From the IMG/VR virus record IMGVR_UViG_3300017560_000307: a stretch of DNA of 64,000 nt. The stretch is one strand, 5' to 3'. Every line of letters starts with the position of its first letter. The stretch's first letter is position 1. The DNA comes from a virus (Duplodnaviria > Heunggongvirae > Uroviricota > Caudoviricetes). The notes beneath the pieces are model-generated. The model ran no database searches. It saw only the letters and a program-made list of their open reading frames with translations, and was not told the DNA's origin. This document shows positions 9,406-18,770 of this stretch, in pieces. The position numbers and the translations under genes were made by a program.

Positions 9406-10290
9406 ATGCAAGAGATTTACATTGGTAACGGCAAAAATGAATACCACCTGCATTCACTCAACGAGTGGCTTCCTGCCGTTGTTTCCCGCGGAGTCGAGGG
9501 GCTTGACGGCCCTTCCATGCGTCTCGATGCTTATCCCAACCCGGGTATTCGTGGCGAAACGGTGGCACAGGCATTACCAGGCGGCAGTCTCATTTCCCTG
9601 AGTGGCTATCTCCGCACAGCGCATTTGGATGATCAGCATCAGGTTCTCGCCAATTACACGGCCGAACGGGAAGCCATGGCTAGAGCCTTGACGCATACCT
9701 ATAACAATCTGGGACGTGCCCAGCCTCTGCTCCTGCGATTCACCGACATGACCGGCCGACAATTGCAGGCTACCTGTTTCATGGATCGCTACAGCGCCCC
9801 GTTGGGACTTCCCACCTCCAATGAATGGCGACTCCAGCTAAGAAACCCAAGTGGTGTTCTCGAATCGCAATCGGTAAAGACCGTTACCGTTGGCCTACCC
9901 AAGCCTGGCGGGGTGGACTTCGACCTCATCTGGGACATCATCTTCACCGAATCATCCGGTGGGTTTGCCACCGCCAATAACGCCGGCACGACTGAAGCCC
10001 AAATGGTTGCGCGCCTGCATGGCCCGATGATCAACCCCCGCCTGACCAATGTTGCTACCGGTGAGTTTATCGGGATCAACCACACCCTCCTTGCCGGTGA
10101 TGTCGTCACGATCGACACCCGCGACAGTTCAATTATTCAGGGCGAGTCGACAAACCGTATGGGAGACCTCGTCGCGGGATCAACGCACTGGAAGGTGCAA
10201 CCAGGTACCAATGACATTCACCTGGAGGCGGAGACCTATACCGAAGGCTATGCCGAAATAGACTTTAGAGATACCTATACCGGCCTGTAA
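9406..10290 (+). CDS. distal tail protein (Dit-like) / phage tail family protein
   Basis: First gene after the tape measure, 294 aa. The call is positional. Confidence 0.5.
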   Translation: MQEIYIGNGKNEYHLHSLNEWLPAVVSRGVEGLDGPSMRLDAYPNPGIRGETVAQALPGGSLISLSGYLRTAHLDDQHQVLANYTAEREAMARALTHTYNNLGRAQPLLLRFTDMTGRQLQATCFMDRYSAPLGLPTSNEWRLQLRNPSGVLESQSVKTVTVGLPKPGGVDFDLIWDIIFTESSGGFATANNAGTTEAQMVARLHGPMINPRLTNVATGEFIGINHTLLAGDVVTIDTRDSSIIQGESTNRMGDLVAGSTHWKVQPGTNDIHLEAETYTEGYAEIDFRDTYTGL

Positions 10291-10292
10291 TC

Positions 10293-11399
10293 ATGAGCAA
10301 GACCAAGAAATCCCTCTACAAGTTGCAAATATGGGATCCCCGGCTCGGGGACAAGGGGCTGGTGGCGGATATCTCAGATATCTGCACCCGACGTTCCTAC
10401 ACCGCGGGACTGAATCGGGCGGAGACGCTCGATCTTTCGATGAGTCTTCCTGTCATCGAGGAGCGGGCTGACAAGTTGAAAATGACTCCCCAGGAAATGC
10501 TGGGCCCGGGTATCCACGATATCCATGTCTGGAGGGGGAATCGTCAAATCTTTGGCACCCGGGTCCGCTACGTCAAACCGACTTTGGATACCAACGAGAC
10601 CTTCACTGTCCATGCATCCGGCTATCTGGATGACTTCATCCATCGCTACCTCTGGCCCGTGGTGGGAGATGATGGTGGCAAAACCAGGTATGAAAACATC
10701 GATATCGGCCAGATCATCATGGATATGATCAACACCACCCAAAATCTTCCCTACGGCAACTTGATGATGCAGGAGGGGCATATTGCCCCCAGCCGCCCCC
10801 TGACCGATGACTGGCATCCCTTTGCCACCAACCTGAAAGAGATATTCCAGGCCATTACCGAGCGTAACAACTCAATTGACTTCAGCTTCTCTTACGACCG
10901 GCGAGTCAATGTCCATTCACCCCAACAGGGGCGCTTCCTCAAGGAGTTGCTCTTCAGCTATCCCGGCAACATCAAGACCATCAGCGGACCGATGGATGCT
11001 TCCCAGGTTGCCAATGTCTCCATCAATCGGGGATCAGGAAATGGTCTGGATATCACCCCGATCGAGACCCGGGATGACTTCGATTCCCAGGAGATTTACG
11101 GCCGCATGGAGCGAATCGACGACTATGCCGATGTATCCTATGTGCCGACCTTGCAAAGTTTCGGTGATGAAACCCTTCGTACCTTTGCCACACCACTTGT
11201 TATCCCAGATGTAGTACTTCGTCCAGGAATGCAGCCGGGGGTTGGTACCTACTGGGTGGGTGACTGGGTGAGATTCTCCGTTCCCAACAGACCATCATTC
11301 AAGAATATCGATGGTCGGGCATGGCGAATCCACGAGATTGCTGTGGATATCAATGACATGGATAGCGAGGATGTGCGATTGACCGTCGCCAACCAGTAA
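10293..11399 (+). CDS. tail-associated / baseplate protein
   Basis: Second gene after the tape measure, 368 aa. TAATG-type coupling to neighbours. Confidence 0.4.
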   Translation: MSKTKKSLYKLQIWDPRLGDKGLVADISDICTRRSYTAGLNRAETLDLSMSLPVIEERADKLKMTPQEMLGPGIHDIHVWRGNRQIFGTRVRYVKPTLDTNETFTVHASGYLDDFIHRYLWPVVGDDGGKTRYENIDIGQIIMDMINTTQNLPYGNLMMQEGHIAPSRPLTDDWHPFATNLKEIFQAITERNNSIDFSFSYDRRVNVHSPQQGRFLKELLFSYPGNIKTISGPMDASQVANVSINRGSGNGLDITPIETRDDFDSQEIYGRMERIDDYADVSYVPTLQSFGDETLRTFATPLVIPDVVLRPGMQPGVGTYWVGDWVRFSVPNRPSFKNIDGRAWRIHEIAVDINDMDSEDVRLTVANQ

Positions 11400-11950
11400 T
11401 GAGTACCAATATCTCCAACCTGAAACTTGAGAAGTCTTTTGAAAATGTGCTGAATGGCCTTACCAGGACTCAGGCGCAGGGGAGAGCCATGCAACCCCAA
11501 GGTTCCCAGGCGTTAAATGTTGAGGTTATCTGGGGGTACCGGGTGCTGGATGTGCCACCCAACGCCGATATCGTTGCCACTACCTCAATAGACGTAGAAG
11601 CGGTGGATCCCAGCAAGATTGTAATCGCGACCATCCTGCACTCCACCTTTGTGAAATACACCAACGGCACCCTCATCAATGCCGACCTTGAGAGCCACGA
11701 GATAGGGGATGACGTGTATCGAGTCTGGCTGAATTATGACGGCCGGAGCGATATGGGGGAGTATTGGCTTGTCCCTGGGCCCACCACAAAAACCATTGAT
11801 GAAATCATGTTGGAGACAGCCGGCTCCTCAAGCATCCCCCATCACAAGGCCAGAGTCACGTTTGCGGTGTACCGGCTAGATGACGTCGAGTCGCCTGCAA
11901 GCCTTGACCAGTACCTGATTTTCTTTCAGGTCAGGATGATTATTGGATAA
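11399..11950 (+). CDS. tail/baseplate paralog 1 (183 aa)
   Basis: First of three tandem paralogs. Shared N-terminal Q-rich helix plus the RLGV-EGY motif, and a conserved C-terminus YLIFFQVRM. Confidence 0.5.
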   Translation: MSTNISNLKLEKSFENVLNGLTRTQAQGRAMQPQGSQALNVEVIWGYRVLDVPPNADIVATTSIDVEAVDPSKIVIATILHSTFVKYTNGTLINADLESHEIGDDVYRVWLNYDGRSDMGEYWLVPGPTTKTIDEIMLETAGSSSIPHHKARVTFAVYRLDDVESPASLDQYLIFFQVRMIIG

Positions 11951-11956
11951 CCCACT

Positions 11957-12499
11957 ATGTCGAAAAGACTTCTTGACTATCGTAAAAGCCCCACCGCTCA
12001 GGTCGCCTCTGCCATTCGAGGCGTCAGAGACAACTATGACCGCAAGCGAACCTTGCAAGTGCAGGGCAACCAGTCTCTCCGGTTGGGAGTGCTGGAGGGG
12101 TACTTCATCATGTCTATCCCCACGACCATCAACCCGTCTGTGGCCTACATTGATATTGAATCGCCAACCAGCGGCATCACCATGATAGGCAACCTGATGT
12201 ACTCGACCTTTTACCCCGTGGCAGCCGGAGGAGAGACGCCGTCTGGCGTGTCGTATCAGCTGGGGGATGTGGTAGGTATCTGGCCAACCAGGATGCGCTG
12301 GGATTGTTTTCTGGCCTACGACAAGCGAGATAAGGGCTCAGGATCATTTACTGACCCCGATGACATTTTTGCTACCGTCGTTGAAAGCAACACAGCTCGC
12401 ATCACCGCCAAACTGCAAGCCTTCGAGGCCTGGAGCATGCCAGTAGGAGCCACGCCATCCCTGCTGGTCTTCTATCAGATTAGGGCGACATTCATGTAA
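11957..12499 (+). CDS. tail/baseplate paralog 2 (180 aa)
   Basis: Paralog of 11399-11950 and 12509-13090. Carries LRLGVLEGY and a C-terminal LLVFYQIRATF. Confidence 0.5.
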   Translation: MSKRLLDYRKSPTAQVASAIRGVRDNYDRKRTLQVQGNQSLRLGVLEGYFIMSIPTTINPSVAYIDIESPTSGITMIGNLMYSTFYPVAAGGETPSGVSYQLGDVVGIWPTRMRWDCFLAYDKRDKGSGSFTDPDDIFATVVESNTARITAKLQAFEAWSMPVGATPSLLVFYQIRATFM

Positions 12500-12508
12500 A
12501 GATTCCTT

Positions 12509-13090
12509 ATGAGCAGAAATATCGCAGATAACAAACTAGAGCGACAGGCTATCGCCCAGATAAACCACCTCCAGAACCAGCAGTTGACGGCGCGGACCGT
12601 GCAGCAGCAGGGGATACAGGCAACGCGACTAGGGGTGGTGGAAGGCTATGCAAGCTTCATCATTAACGGCCTGTCAGCGGAAGGGGGGGTGCCTGCGCCC
12701 AGCCCTACAGTCAGCACCTTTGTCGATATCGAGGCGCCGGAAGGGAGCCCTATCCTGGTCGGGTCGCTCATGCATACCTCATTCATGTTTTTTGGGAATG
12801 TTGGGTCAGGGACGCCTATGTCGGTGGAAAACTGGGACTTCCGGTTCGGCGGTGGATTCTCCAACCAGGCGCAGGAAACCTGGATGACATATGCGGGAGA
12901 TATCACCAACGACAACGCCAATCGCCCCTATGACATCCCCAGCGCCCAGGCATACAGGATCCCAGACAATAAGGTGAGGATAGGCTTCAGATATACCATT
13001 GGAAAGGGCTCGGTTATCTCCTCGCCAATGCTTGTTCTGTATTGCTTTTACCAGCTGCGCATGACCCTCGGCTGGAGTGATGACACCTAA
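12509..13090 (+). CDS. tail/baseplate paralog 3 (193 aa)
   Basis: Paralog carrying TRLGVVEGY and a C-terminal LVLYCFYQLRMT. Confidence 0.5.
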   Translation: MSRNIADNKLERQAIAQINHLQNQQLTARTVQQQGIQATRLGVVEGYASFIINGLSAEGGVPAPSPTVSTFVDIEAPEGSPILVGSLMHTSFMFFGNVGSGTPMSVENWDFRFGGGFSNQAQETWMTYAGDITNDNANRPYDIPSAQAYRIPDNKVRIGFRYTIGKGSVISSPMLVLYCFYQLRMTLGWSDDT

Positions 13091-13136
13091 TCCAAACTCG
13101 CCGCTTGATATAATGTAAGCAGCACACCTATATCCC

Positions 13137-13298
13137 ATGACCAACGAAGAACTCTTCCAGAAAATCCAATCAGGCGAACTCCCTCCAGCCGGAATCATCC
13201 GCCGCACTGGCGCTGCCAAAAACATCATCGTGACCACAGTGGTAAACGGCGAGACGGTCGCGGTACCTGATATTGAACTGTCCCAGGAGGCCGCCTAA
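13137..13298 (+). CDS. small hypothetical protein (53 aa)
   Basis: ATG at 13137. Its stop overlaps the next start as TAATG, indicating translational coupling. Below the ORF-track size cutoff. Confidence 0.3.
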   Translation: MTNEELFQKIQSGELPPAGIIRRTGAAKNIIVTTVVNGETVAVPDIELSQEAA

Positions 13299-14275
13299 TG
13301 GCCACCTACGCCCATCCTCTGACCAGTGCCAGCCGCACCAGCCCCCAGGGCTTTTTGAAAATCTTTGGCAAGGTCTTCACCTCCAGTGGTGTGATTGATC
13401 CCGATGCCCTCAAGGTCTCTGCGCAAGTTACCCCAGACCTGAGTGTCATCGTCTCCGGATCGCTCAATGACGACCATGTCATTTTTATCCACTCAAACGG
13501 AACCTTCATCCAGGCATGGAATGCTCAGGATGAGACTGTCGATGTCCCACTCAACGACTCTGGTGTGACCAAAACCGATGCGCTGGTAGCGTATGTGGAT
13601 ATGACGGAAGGCAGCATCGAAAACGCGAACAATCCTGGAGCTATGAAGTTCCTTGTTGTGCGCCGTGGTGGTTCGTTGACTGGCGCTCCGAACTCCACCG
13701 AGATTGAAGCTGAAACTGGAGAGAATCCTTATATTGAGCTCGCTCATATCACTGTCGGGACTGGTGTTGACGCCAAAATCAACTCAGGCAACATCGTCGA
13801 AAAGCGGGTGCGTGCGTATGTCGATGGGGACAAGATCGCACCGCAAAGCGTTGACACCACTCAGATAAAGGATGGATCTCTCACCAATGCCAAGCTCTCC
13901 ACTACCGCTGGCGAATTAGGGGGAGAGTGGCAAAGTTGGACACCGACGTTTGGCGGCCACAGTGGTATGGCTATATCGAGCGTTGTGATCAACATGGCCA
14001 GGTATAAACAGGTTGGCAAGGTGGTCACATTCCAGCTATCAGCAAACTTCACCCTGGGAAGCCCTGCTGCGCCAGGAATTAACTTCAGTATTCCGGTCCC
14101 AGCCAATACGAGTAATGGCACTCAAGTTTTGGGAGCATATGCCAGTGATGGGGGGGCTGTTTTTGCATTTGCATATATAACCAGTAGCGGCAACGGCTCA
14201 GTACAAAAGCCGTCGAATTTTGCCCTGGGGGCAGATAAAGGAATACGAGCCTTTGGCACCTATGAGGCCGCATAA
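13298..14275 (+). CDS. putative tail fiber / receptor-binding protein
   Basis: Last structural gene before the lysis cassette, 325 aa, with Gly/Ser/Thr-rich beta-like segments. Confidence 0.35.
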   Translation: MATYAHPLTSASRTSPQGFLKIFGKVFTSSGVIDPDALKVSAQVTPDLSVIVSGSLNDDHVIFIHSNGTFIQAWNAQDETVDVPLNDSGVTKTDALVAYVDMTEGSIENANNPGAMKFLVVRRGGSLTGAPNSTEIEAETGENPYIELAHITVGTGVDAKINSGNIVEKRVRAYVDGDKIAPQSVDTTQIKDGSLTNAKLSTTAGELGGEWQSWTPTFGGHSGMAISSVVINMARYKQVGKVVTFQLSANFTLGSPAAPGINFSIPVPANTSNGTQVLGAYASDGGAVFAFAYITSSGNGSVQKPSNFALGADKGIRAFGTYEAA

Positions 14276-14319
14276 TACATGTCTAATCTGACCTAGATGC
14301 CATCAAACAACTTATTACT

Positions 14320-14685
14320 ATGTCTCCACGAAAATCACCCACCACTCACATACCAGAACCAGAATCCAACGAAGCGACTCGCCAGGCATATGTATCTTTC
14401 CAGCTGGAAGCCATCAATAAGCAACTGATGGATGGGGCTGAGCGTGCCACCAGACATGAATCACGGATTGAGACTCAACTCGGGGACATGAAGCGCAAGC
14501 TGGAAGAGATTCCGGAGAAGTACGTCTCCAAGCAGGAGCTCAAGGATCGCCTGGACCCCCTCAAAACAGATGTGGCAGAGATCAATGGAAATATCGGCAA
14601 GGTGGTCTGGCTAGTTATTACGGCCGTCATTGTGGCGTTGCTCGGACTCGTGATTATGAACCCAGGGAAGTTCGGAGGGCTCTAA
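14320..14685 (+). CDS. lysis-cassette membrane protein (coiled-coil N-terminus, C-terminal TM)
   Basis: C-terminal TM VVWLVITAVIVALLGLVIM. Located upstream of a holin-like gene. Confidence 0.4.
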   Translation: MSPRKSPTTHIPEPESNEATRQAYVSFQLEAINKQLMDGAERATRHESRIETQLGDMKRKLEEIPEKYVSKQELKDRLDPLKTDVAEINGNIGKVVWLVITAVIVALLGLVIMNPGKFGGL

Positions 14686-14700
14686 CTTCCGAGTCTCATT

Positions 14701-14970
14701 ATGACCATCGGTGACGCCCTGTTTAACATCTTCCTGGTGTTGCTGGGACTGCTCGGTATCGTCGGCATCCTAGTTCTGATTATCAAAGCCACCAAAGCCG
14801 CCCTCTCCATCGCCCTCGCTCTTTTCGGGCTTGCGTTGGTCCTCGCCATGTATCTGGATGCATTGAATGGTTGGCCCATTCTTGGCAGATTCGCCTGGCT
14901 GTTTTTCCAGATCATTCAGGGCATTTATCAGGGCGCAGACAAGGCCACTAGTGGAATTCCACAATTGTAA
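14701..14970 (+). CDS. holin-like protein (2 TM)
   Basis: Two hydrophobic helices, IFLVLLGLLGIVGILVLII and IALALFGLALVLAMYL. 89 aa, adjacent to the endolysin. Confidence 0.5.
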   Translation: MTIGDALFNIFLVLLGLLGIVGILVLIIKATKAALSIALALFGLALVLAMYLDALNGWPILGRFAWLFFQIIQGIYQGADKATSGIPQL

Positions 14971-14978
14971 GGAGGGTA

Positions 14979-16298
14979 ATGACACAGCGACAAGAAGAAT
15001 GGTTTAGGGGTGCTATCGGCAGAGCAATGAATCTGGACGGTGTAGCCGGGCTGCAATGTGTTGATGTTCCCAATGACTATGCACAGTACCTCTTTGGCGA
15101 CTGGGAGCGCACTATTGGCCGTGGCAACGCCAAGGACAAGTACAACAATGCCCCTAATGAATACTGGCAAAAGATCCCTAACACCGGAGCATCCAATCTC
15201 ATCCCCCAGCCAGGAGATGTCATCTTCTGGGGGGAGATGCCTAACAATCCTTATGGACATGTGGCCGTAGTAGAACGTGCCGAATCATCCAGTATCACGC
15301 TCATTGAACAGGACGGTTTTACCAACACCCGACCCGCCTACCGGGTTACCAGGGGCTATGCCCTCAATGGGGTATTGACCTTCGGCTGGATACGACCACG
15401 AAAGGAGAAAATTACAGGAGGAAACGACGTGTCACCAGATCAATCATTCGCGGAAGTGTTTATCGCTATCGCTCAACGGTGGCCCAATCAATCAGAAATC
15501 GATAAGTGGAAGGGATCCGGCCTGCCATCCTACACCTGGTGTCAGAAGTACGCTCCCAATCCGGTTGTCAATGACCGTGTGGCGCTAAAGATCTATCATC
15601 AGGCCCGTATCGACGCGGGTAAGGGCAGGAACCCGGACGGATCCATCTATCCGGCTGAGCAGTTTGCGGCCGACCGTCTCGCCGGCGGTGCCGACTTCAA
15701 GGCCGTGATCAGCGGCGACATGGCAGCTTATCTTGGCACGTTAGACAGCCTGGAAGCCCAGTTAAAGGCATCAAACACCACCAACGCCTCCCTTCGGGCC
15801 AATATCGAGGCGGAAGCCCAGAAACTCTCCTCTGCGGCGCTTGAGAAGGTGAAGGATGAGTCCTTCAAGATTGCTTACCTGACCCAGACTGGCGAGAACC
15901 CACCATCAAAGCAGGTAGAGGAGTGGAAACGCTCCACCCTCTCGGCCGACGAGTGGGTGCGCAAATACGTTGGGAACGATCAGATGAAGGCCATCATTGA
16001 ACAACTGGATGCAGCCACCATCTCCATCCATCGGCTGAACGAGACCGTGACAAGTCTTGAGACTTCTCTGAAACAGGCTGGTCAGACCGCCATCACTCTA
16101 GCTGAGCAGAAGGAACAGGCAGAATCGGCCGCAGCCGACACTTTGAACGCCCTGGCCGCAGAGCGAGTCATCAGCGAAGACCTGCGGAACCAGCTCCAGG
16201 TTGCCCTGGAGAAGGCTCGACCTATCGAACAATGGACATTCATACAACTATTACTTGAGGCAGTGAAGCGACTCAAAGGAGGGTCGCACAATATATGA
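14979..16298 (+). CDS. endolysin with N-terminal CHAP (Cys/His amidase/peptidase) domain and coiled-coil C-terminal half
   Basis: Catalytic Cys in GLQCVDV and His in GHVAVVE. The C-terminal roughly 250 aa is Ala/Gln/Glu-rich coiled coil. Confidence 0.6.
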   Translation: MTQRQEEWFRGAIGRAMNLDGVAGLQCVDVPNDYAQYLFGDWERTIGRGNAKDKYNNAPNEYWQKIPNTGASNLIPQPGDVIFWGEMPNNPYGHVAVVERAESSSITLIEQDGFTNTRPAYRVTRGYALNGVLTFGWIRPRKEKITGGNDVSPDQSFAEVFIAIAQRWPNQSEIDKWKGSGLPSYTWCQKYAPNPVVNDRVALKIYHQARIDAGKGRNPDGSIYPAEQFAADRLAGGADFKAVISGDMAAYLGTLDSLEAQLKASNTTNASLRANIEAEAQKLSSAALEKVKDESFKIAYLTQTGENPPSKQVEEWKRSTLSADEWVRKYVGNDQMKAIIEQLDAATISIHRLNETVTSLETSLKQAGQTAITLAEQKEQAESAAADTLNALAAERVISEDLRNQLQVALEKARPIEQWTFIQLLLEAVKRLKGGSHNI

Positions 16299-16570
16299 CA
16301 ACCGTAGAAATCATTCAATCCGTATTACTAGGTGGTACAGCAACCACTCTTGCTACCCAGATTCTGAAGTCACCATTCATTCCTGTACCGGCAACCAAAC
16401 ATCCCCGTATCACAGCAGCTGTCGTCTCAGTGATTGCCAGCGCTATTGTTGTCTCCCAGGCAGGCGTTGATGTGAGCAACCTTGGTGATGTTGCCAGTGT
16501 TACCGCGATCTTCGCTGGTGTGTTACTTGTGGCTTCTACCACTTATAACCAGTTGATTAGAAAGGGATAA
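16295..16570 (+). CDS. holin-like / lysis membrane protein
   Basis: 91 aa with 2-3 hydrophobic helices. ATGA overlap with the endolysin. Confidence 0.4.
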   Translation: MTTVEIIQSVLLGGTATTLATQILKSPFIPVPATKHPRITAAVVSVIASAIVVSQAGVDVSNLGDVASVTAIFAGVLLVASTTYNQLIRKG

Positions 16571-16597
16571 CGAAGGCAAAAGCCTGGAGTTTGAATA

Positions 16598-16630
16598 AAG
16601 GACGGCCATACGGTCGTCCTTCTTTGTTGT
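16598..16630. terminator. bidirectional intrinsic terminator between convergent operons
   Basis: Hairpin AAGGACGGCC-ata-GGTCGTCCTT followed by CTTTGTTGTT. Sits between the plus-strand lysis genes and the minus-strand gene ending at 16631. Confidence 0.4.
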
Positions 16631-17002
16631 TCACCATTCATTGAATGGGTCGAAATTCTTCCACTCGTCACGGATTCTGAAGTCCGGTCTTCTCTCACTG
16701 GCTCTGATGATGATATAGGCAATACCGGCGAGGATGGCCATAAGGGAACCGAGGATGACGATCACCACCCAAACTGCCGCCAAGGGTTCCGCTAGCTGCT
16801 GCATTGTAAGTACGAACATTATTGATTCCCTTCTACTGTGAATGTGTGGATATGCCCTTCCACCTCCTTGTGTTCCTGGATGAGTTGCAAGACCGAGAGG
16901 GTGCAGATCAGAATCAGGACGATGAGGATGTTTCGTGCGATGCGGTTCGTGCTGCTCATCTAGGCCACCCCGCAGATATTCCTGGTACTCCACTGGTGCC
17001 AA
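16631..17002 (-). CDS. small membrane protein (probable true start at Met62, about coordinate 16819)
   Basis: C-terminal 62 aa carry a TM helix VWVVIVILGSLMAILAGIAYIII. The upstream part of the ORF is His/Pro-rich and overlaps the next gene. Confidence 0.4.
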   Translation of the reverse strand: MAPVEYQEYLRGGLDEQHEPHRTKHPHRPDSDLHPLGLATHPGTQGGGRAYPHIHSRRESIMFVLTMQQLAEPLAAVWVVIVILGSLMAILAGIAYIIIRASERRPDFRIRDEWKNFDPFNEW

Positions 17003-17343
17003 TCTGTACCAGCTTTGGAAATACGATACGCATGCTGGATATTTTCCCTGGCATCGTAGGCTTCATCATCTGAGACTTCTCGATGCCAATACGAATTCAG
17101 CTGGAAGACTCCCCGATCGTGAGAGGCGTGGATATCATTGTTGTACCCCACCGCCTCGCTCCGGAAGTGCGACTCGTTTTCGGCAATGCACAATGCGGCG
17201 CTCGATCGAGATCCAAAGACCCTGACAATCTCTGCCTTTATTTCTTCAACTGTTGCTAATCGTGCCGGCGGTGCCGACTGAGCTGCCAGTACAACGGTTG
17301 GGGTTGGCGTGGGAGCCTCTGCCGGCGTGGTCTGTACTGACAC
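16960..17343 (-). CDS. lysozyme-like / lytic transglycosylase (SLT-like) domain protein
   Basis: ENESHF…GVFQLNSYWH resembles the SLT catalytic-Glu and GLMQ-like motif. Confidence 0.45.
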   Translation of the reverse strand: MSVQTTPAEAPTPTPTVVLAAQSAPPARLATVEEIKAEIVRVFGSRSSAALCIAENESHFRSEAVGYNNDIHASHDRGVFQLNSYWHREVSDDEAYDARENIQHAYRISKAGTDWHQWSTRNICGVA

Positions 17344-17357
17344 TTTTTGCTCAGTGG

Positions 17358-17603
17358 CTACTCTTTTGGGGAGGCTACCTGGAGTTTGAAGCCATTGATA
17401 TAGGCATCCTTGGCAGCGTAGGCATCGACAGCTGGAGCTGGATCGATCATGACTCGAACCATGGTTCGGCCTTTGGTGGTGAAACCGAAGGCGTAGACAC
17501 CTAACCCGATTACTATGGCGACGAATACGATCGCGCCGATCTTCTTGAAATTGAGACCTTTCTTGGTCTGAGATTTATCTGAACTGGTGGTTGTACCCTT
17601 CAT
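17358..17603 (-). CDS. small membrane-anchored protein
   Basis: N-terminal TM IGAIVFVAIVIGLGVYAF. 81 aa. Confidence 0.4.
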   Translation of the reverse strand: MKGTTTSSDKSQTKKGLNFKKIGAIVFVAIVIGLGVYAFGFTTKGRTMVRVMIDPAPAVDAYAAKDAYINGFKLQVASPKE

Positions 17604-17960
17604 GATGTGATTCCCCCTTATTGGAATGTAAGTAATAATGTGATTAATAAGATAAAGAGCTGAAACACACCGGCCGATCAGGGAGATCTACTATGTTGGC
17701 CAGGGAGGTCTTACTCGCCTTGATGGCTTTACCACAAGGTGCTTATATGCCTGTGTTGCCCAGAGAAAATCATAGCTATGTTGTCAGGTGGATGTATCCC
17801 AGCTGCTTACCTTATTAGTCTGTAAATGTTCATATCTATTGGATATATGTATATATTAACATAATATAATACTAATGTCAATACACCAATTTAACCCTGC
17901 TTAGCCTCAAACCGACTATAGATGTGTTAATAGGTGTCCATGAGATACCAACAATCCCAA

Positions 17961-17989
17961 AATAAAAGAACCCGGATTTCTCCGGGTTC
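17961..17989 (-). terminator. intrinsic terminator (minus strand)
   Basis: Perfect hairpin GAACCCGGA-tttc-TCCGGGTTC, followed on the minus strand by a T-tract. Confidence 0.5.
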
Positions 17990-17995
17990 CAGTTA

Positions 17996-18130
17996 CTATC
18001 CTTCGCAAGAGGTACACGCCTCTCGAGCCTTCCTCTCTACAGGACAGGCCGCCTTCGGTGACTTAGCTTTCATCTCAGCCGCTAATGCCTCCATCTCCTC
18101 ATCCAGTGACAACACTTTTTTATCACTCAT
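17996..18130 (-). CDS. small Cys-containing protein (44 aa)
   Basis: Perfect SD GAGGAGG 7 nt upstream of ATG at 18130. Followed directly by the terminator hairpin. Below the ORF-track cutoff. Confidence 0.35.
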   Translation of the reverse strand: MSDKKVLSLDEEMEALAAEMKAKSPKAACPVERKAREACTSCEG

Positions 18131-18266
18131 ACACTTACCTCCTCATAGGCTTGCTACTATTCATTATAAATGACAGCCTAATGAGTCTATGTATACGTAT
18201 GATTTGGGATTGCTGATTAGCATACCTAGATGAGGCTACATATCTCGATTCTGTTCACTTGGCTGA

Positions 18267-18770
18267 TCATGCGAGTTCGACCAATGATCGCTTGATGAAG
18301 ATGTCTGTGTCCCCTCCTTTATCTATGGAGATGCCTATCATCCCGTGTGGAGCGCTCTCGATCTCGGTGATGTACCCCACTTCTGGTAACAGCGCGAAGA
18401 ATGCGTTATCTCGAGCAACGACGGGCGCTCCAATAGTCAGTTCCTGATCTTCAGCCGGCGATGAAGATGATCCGGGCTGCTGGCCGACTTGATTCATGGT
18501 GCGGCGGCGAATTGGTCGTACGTGGCACTTGCGAACCCATTGGCAGTTGGTCACGATCTGACTATTGGAAGGCGAGACGCAGTAGGCATAGTCTTCACCA
18601 GTCGCCACATCAATGATATAGGCGACCTCTCCAGGGTAATATTCCGACTCTTCGTCGATGATGACTGGTGTGCCGAGAGTGAGGTATTGCTCAGCGCTCA
18701 TTATCGTCCTACAGGGAGGCTGAAGAGCATCCCATCTCCGCCCGTGGTAGTTGGTAAGATTCCATTCCAT
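18267..18770 (-). CDS. hypothetical protein (likely start at Met24, coordinate 18701, TAATG-coupled to SPFH gene)
   Basis: Last gene of the minus-strand operon. No recognisable motif. Confidence 0.45.
   Translation of the reverse strand: MEWNLTNYHGRRWDALQPPCRTIMSAEQYLTLGTPVIIDEESEYYPGEVAYIIDVATGEDYAYCVSPSNSQIVTNCQWVRKCHVRPIRRRTMNQVGQQPGSSSSPAEDQELTIGAPVVARDNAFFALLPEVGYITEIESAPHGMIGISIDKGGDTDIFIKRSLVELA

Noticed and set aside
7335-9453. Antisense or internal ORFs within the tape measure gene (7335-7529, 7568-7921, 7927-8181, 8308-8680, 8934-9453)
   Set aside because: They are embedded in a long, strongly supported tape-measure ORF, with no independent signals.
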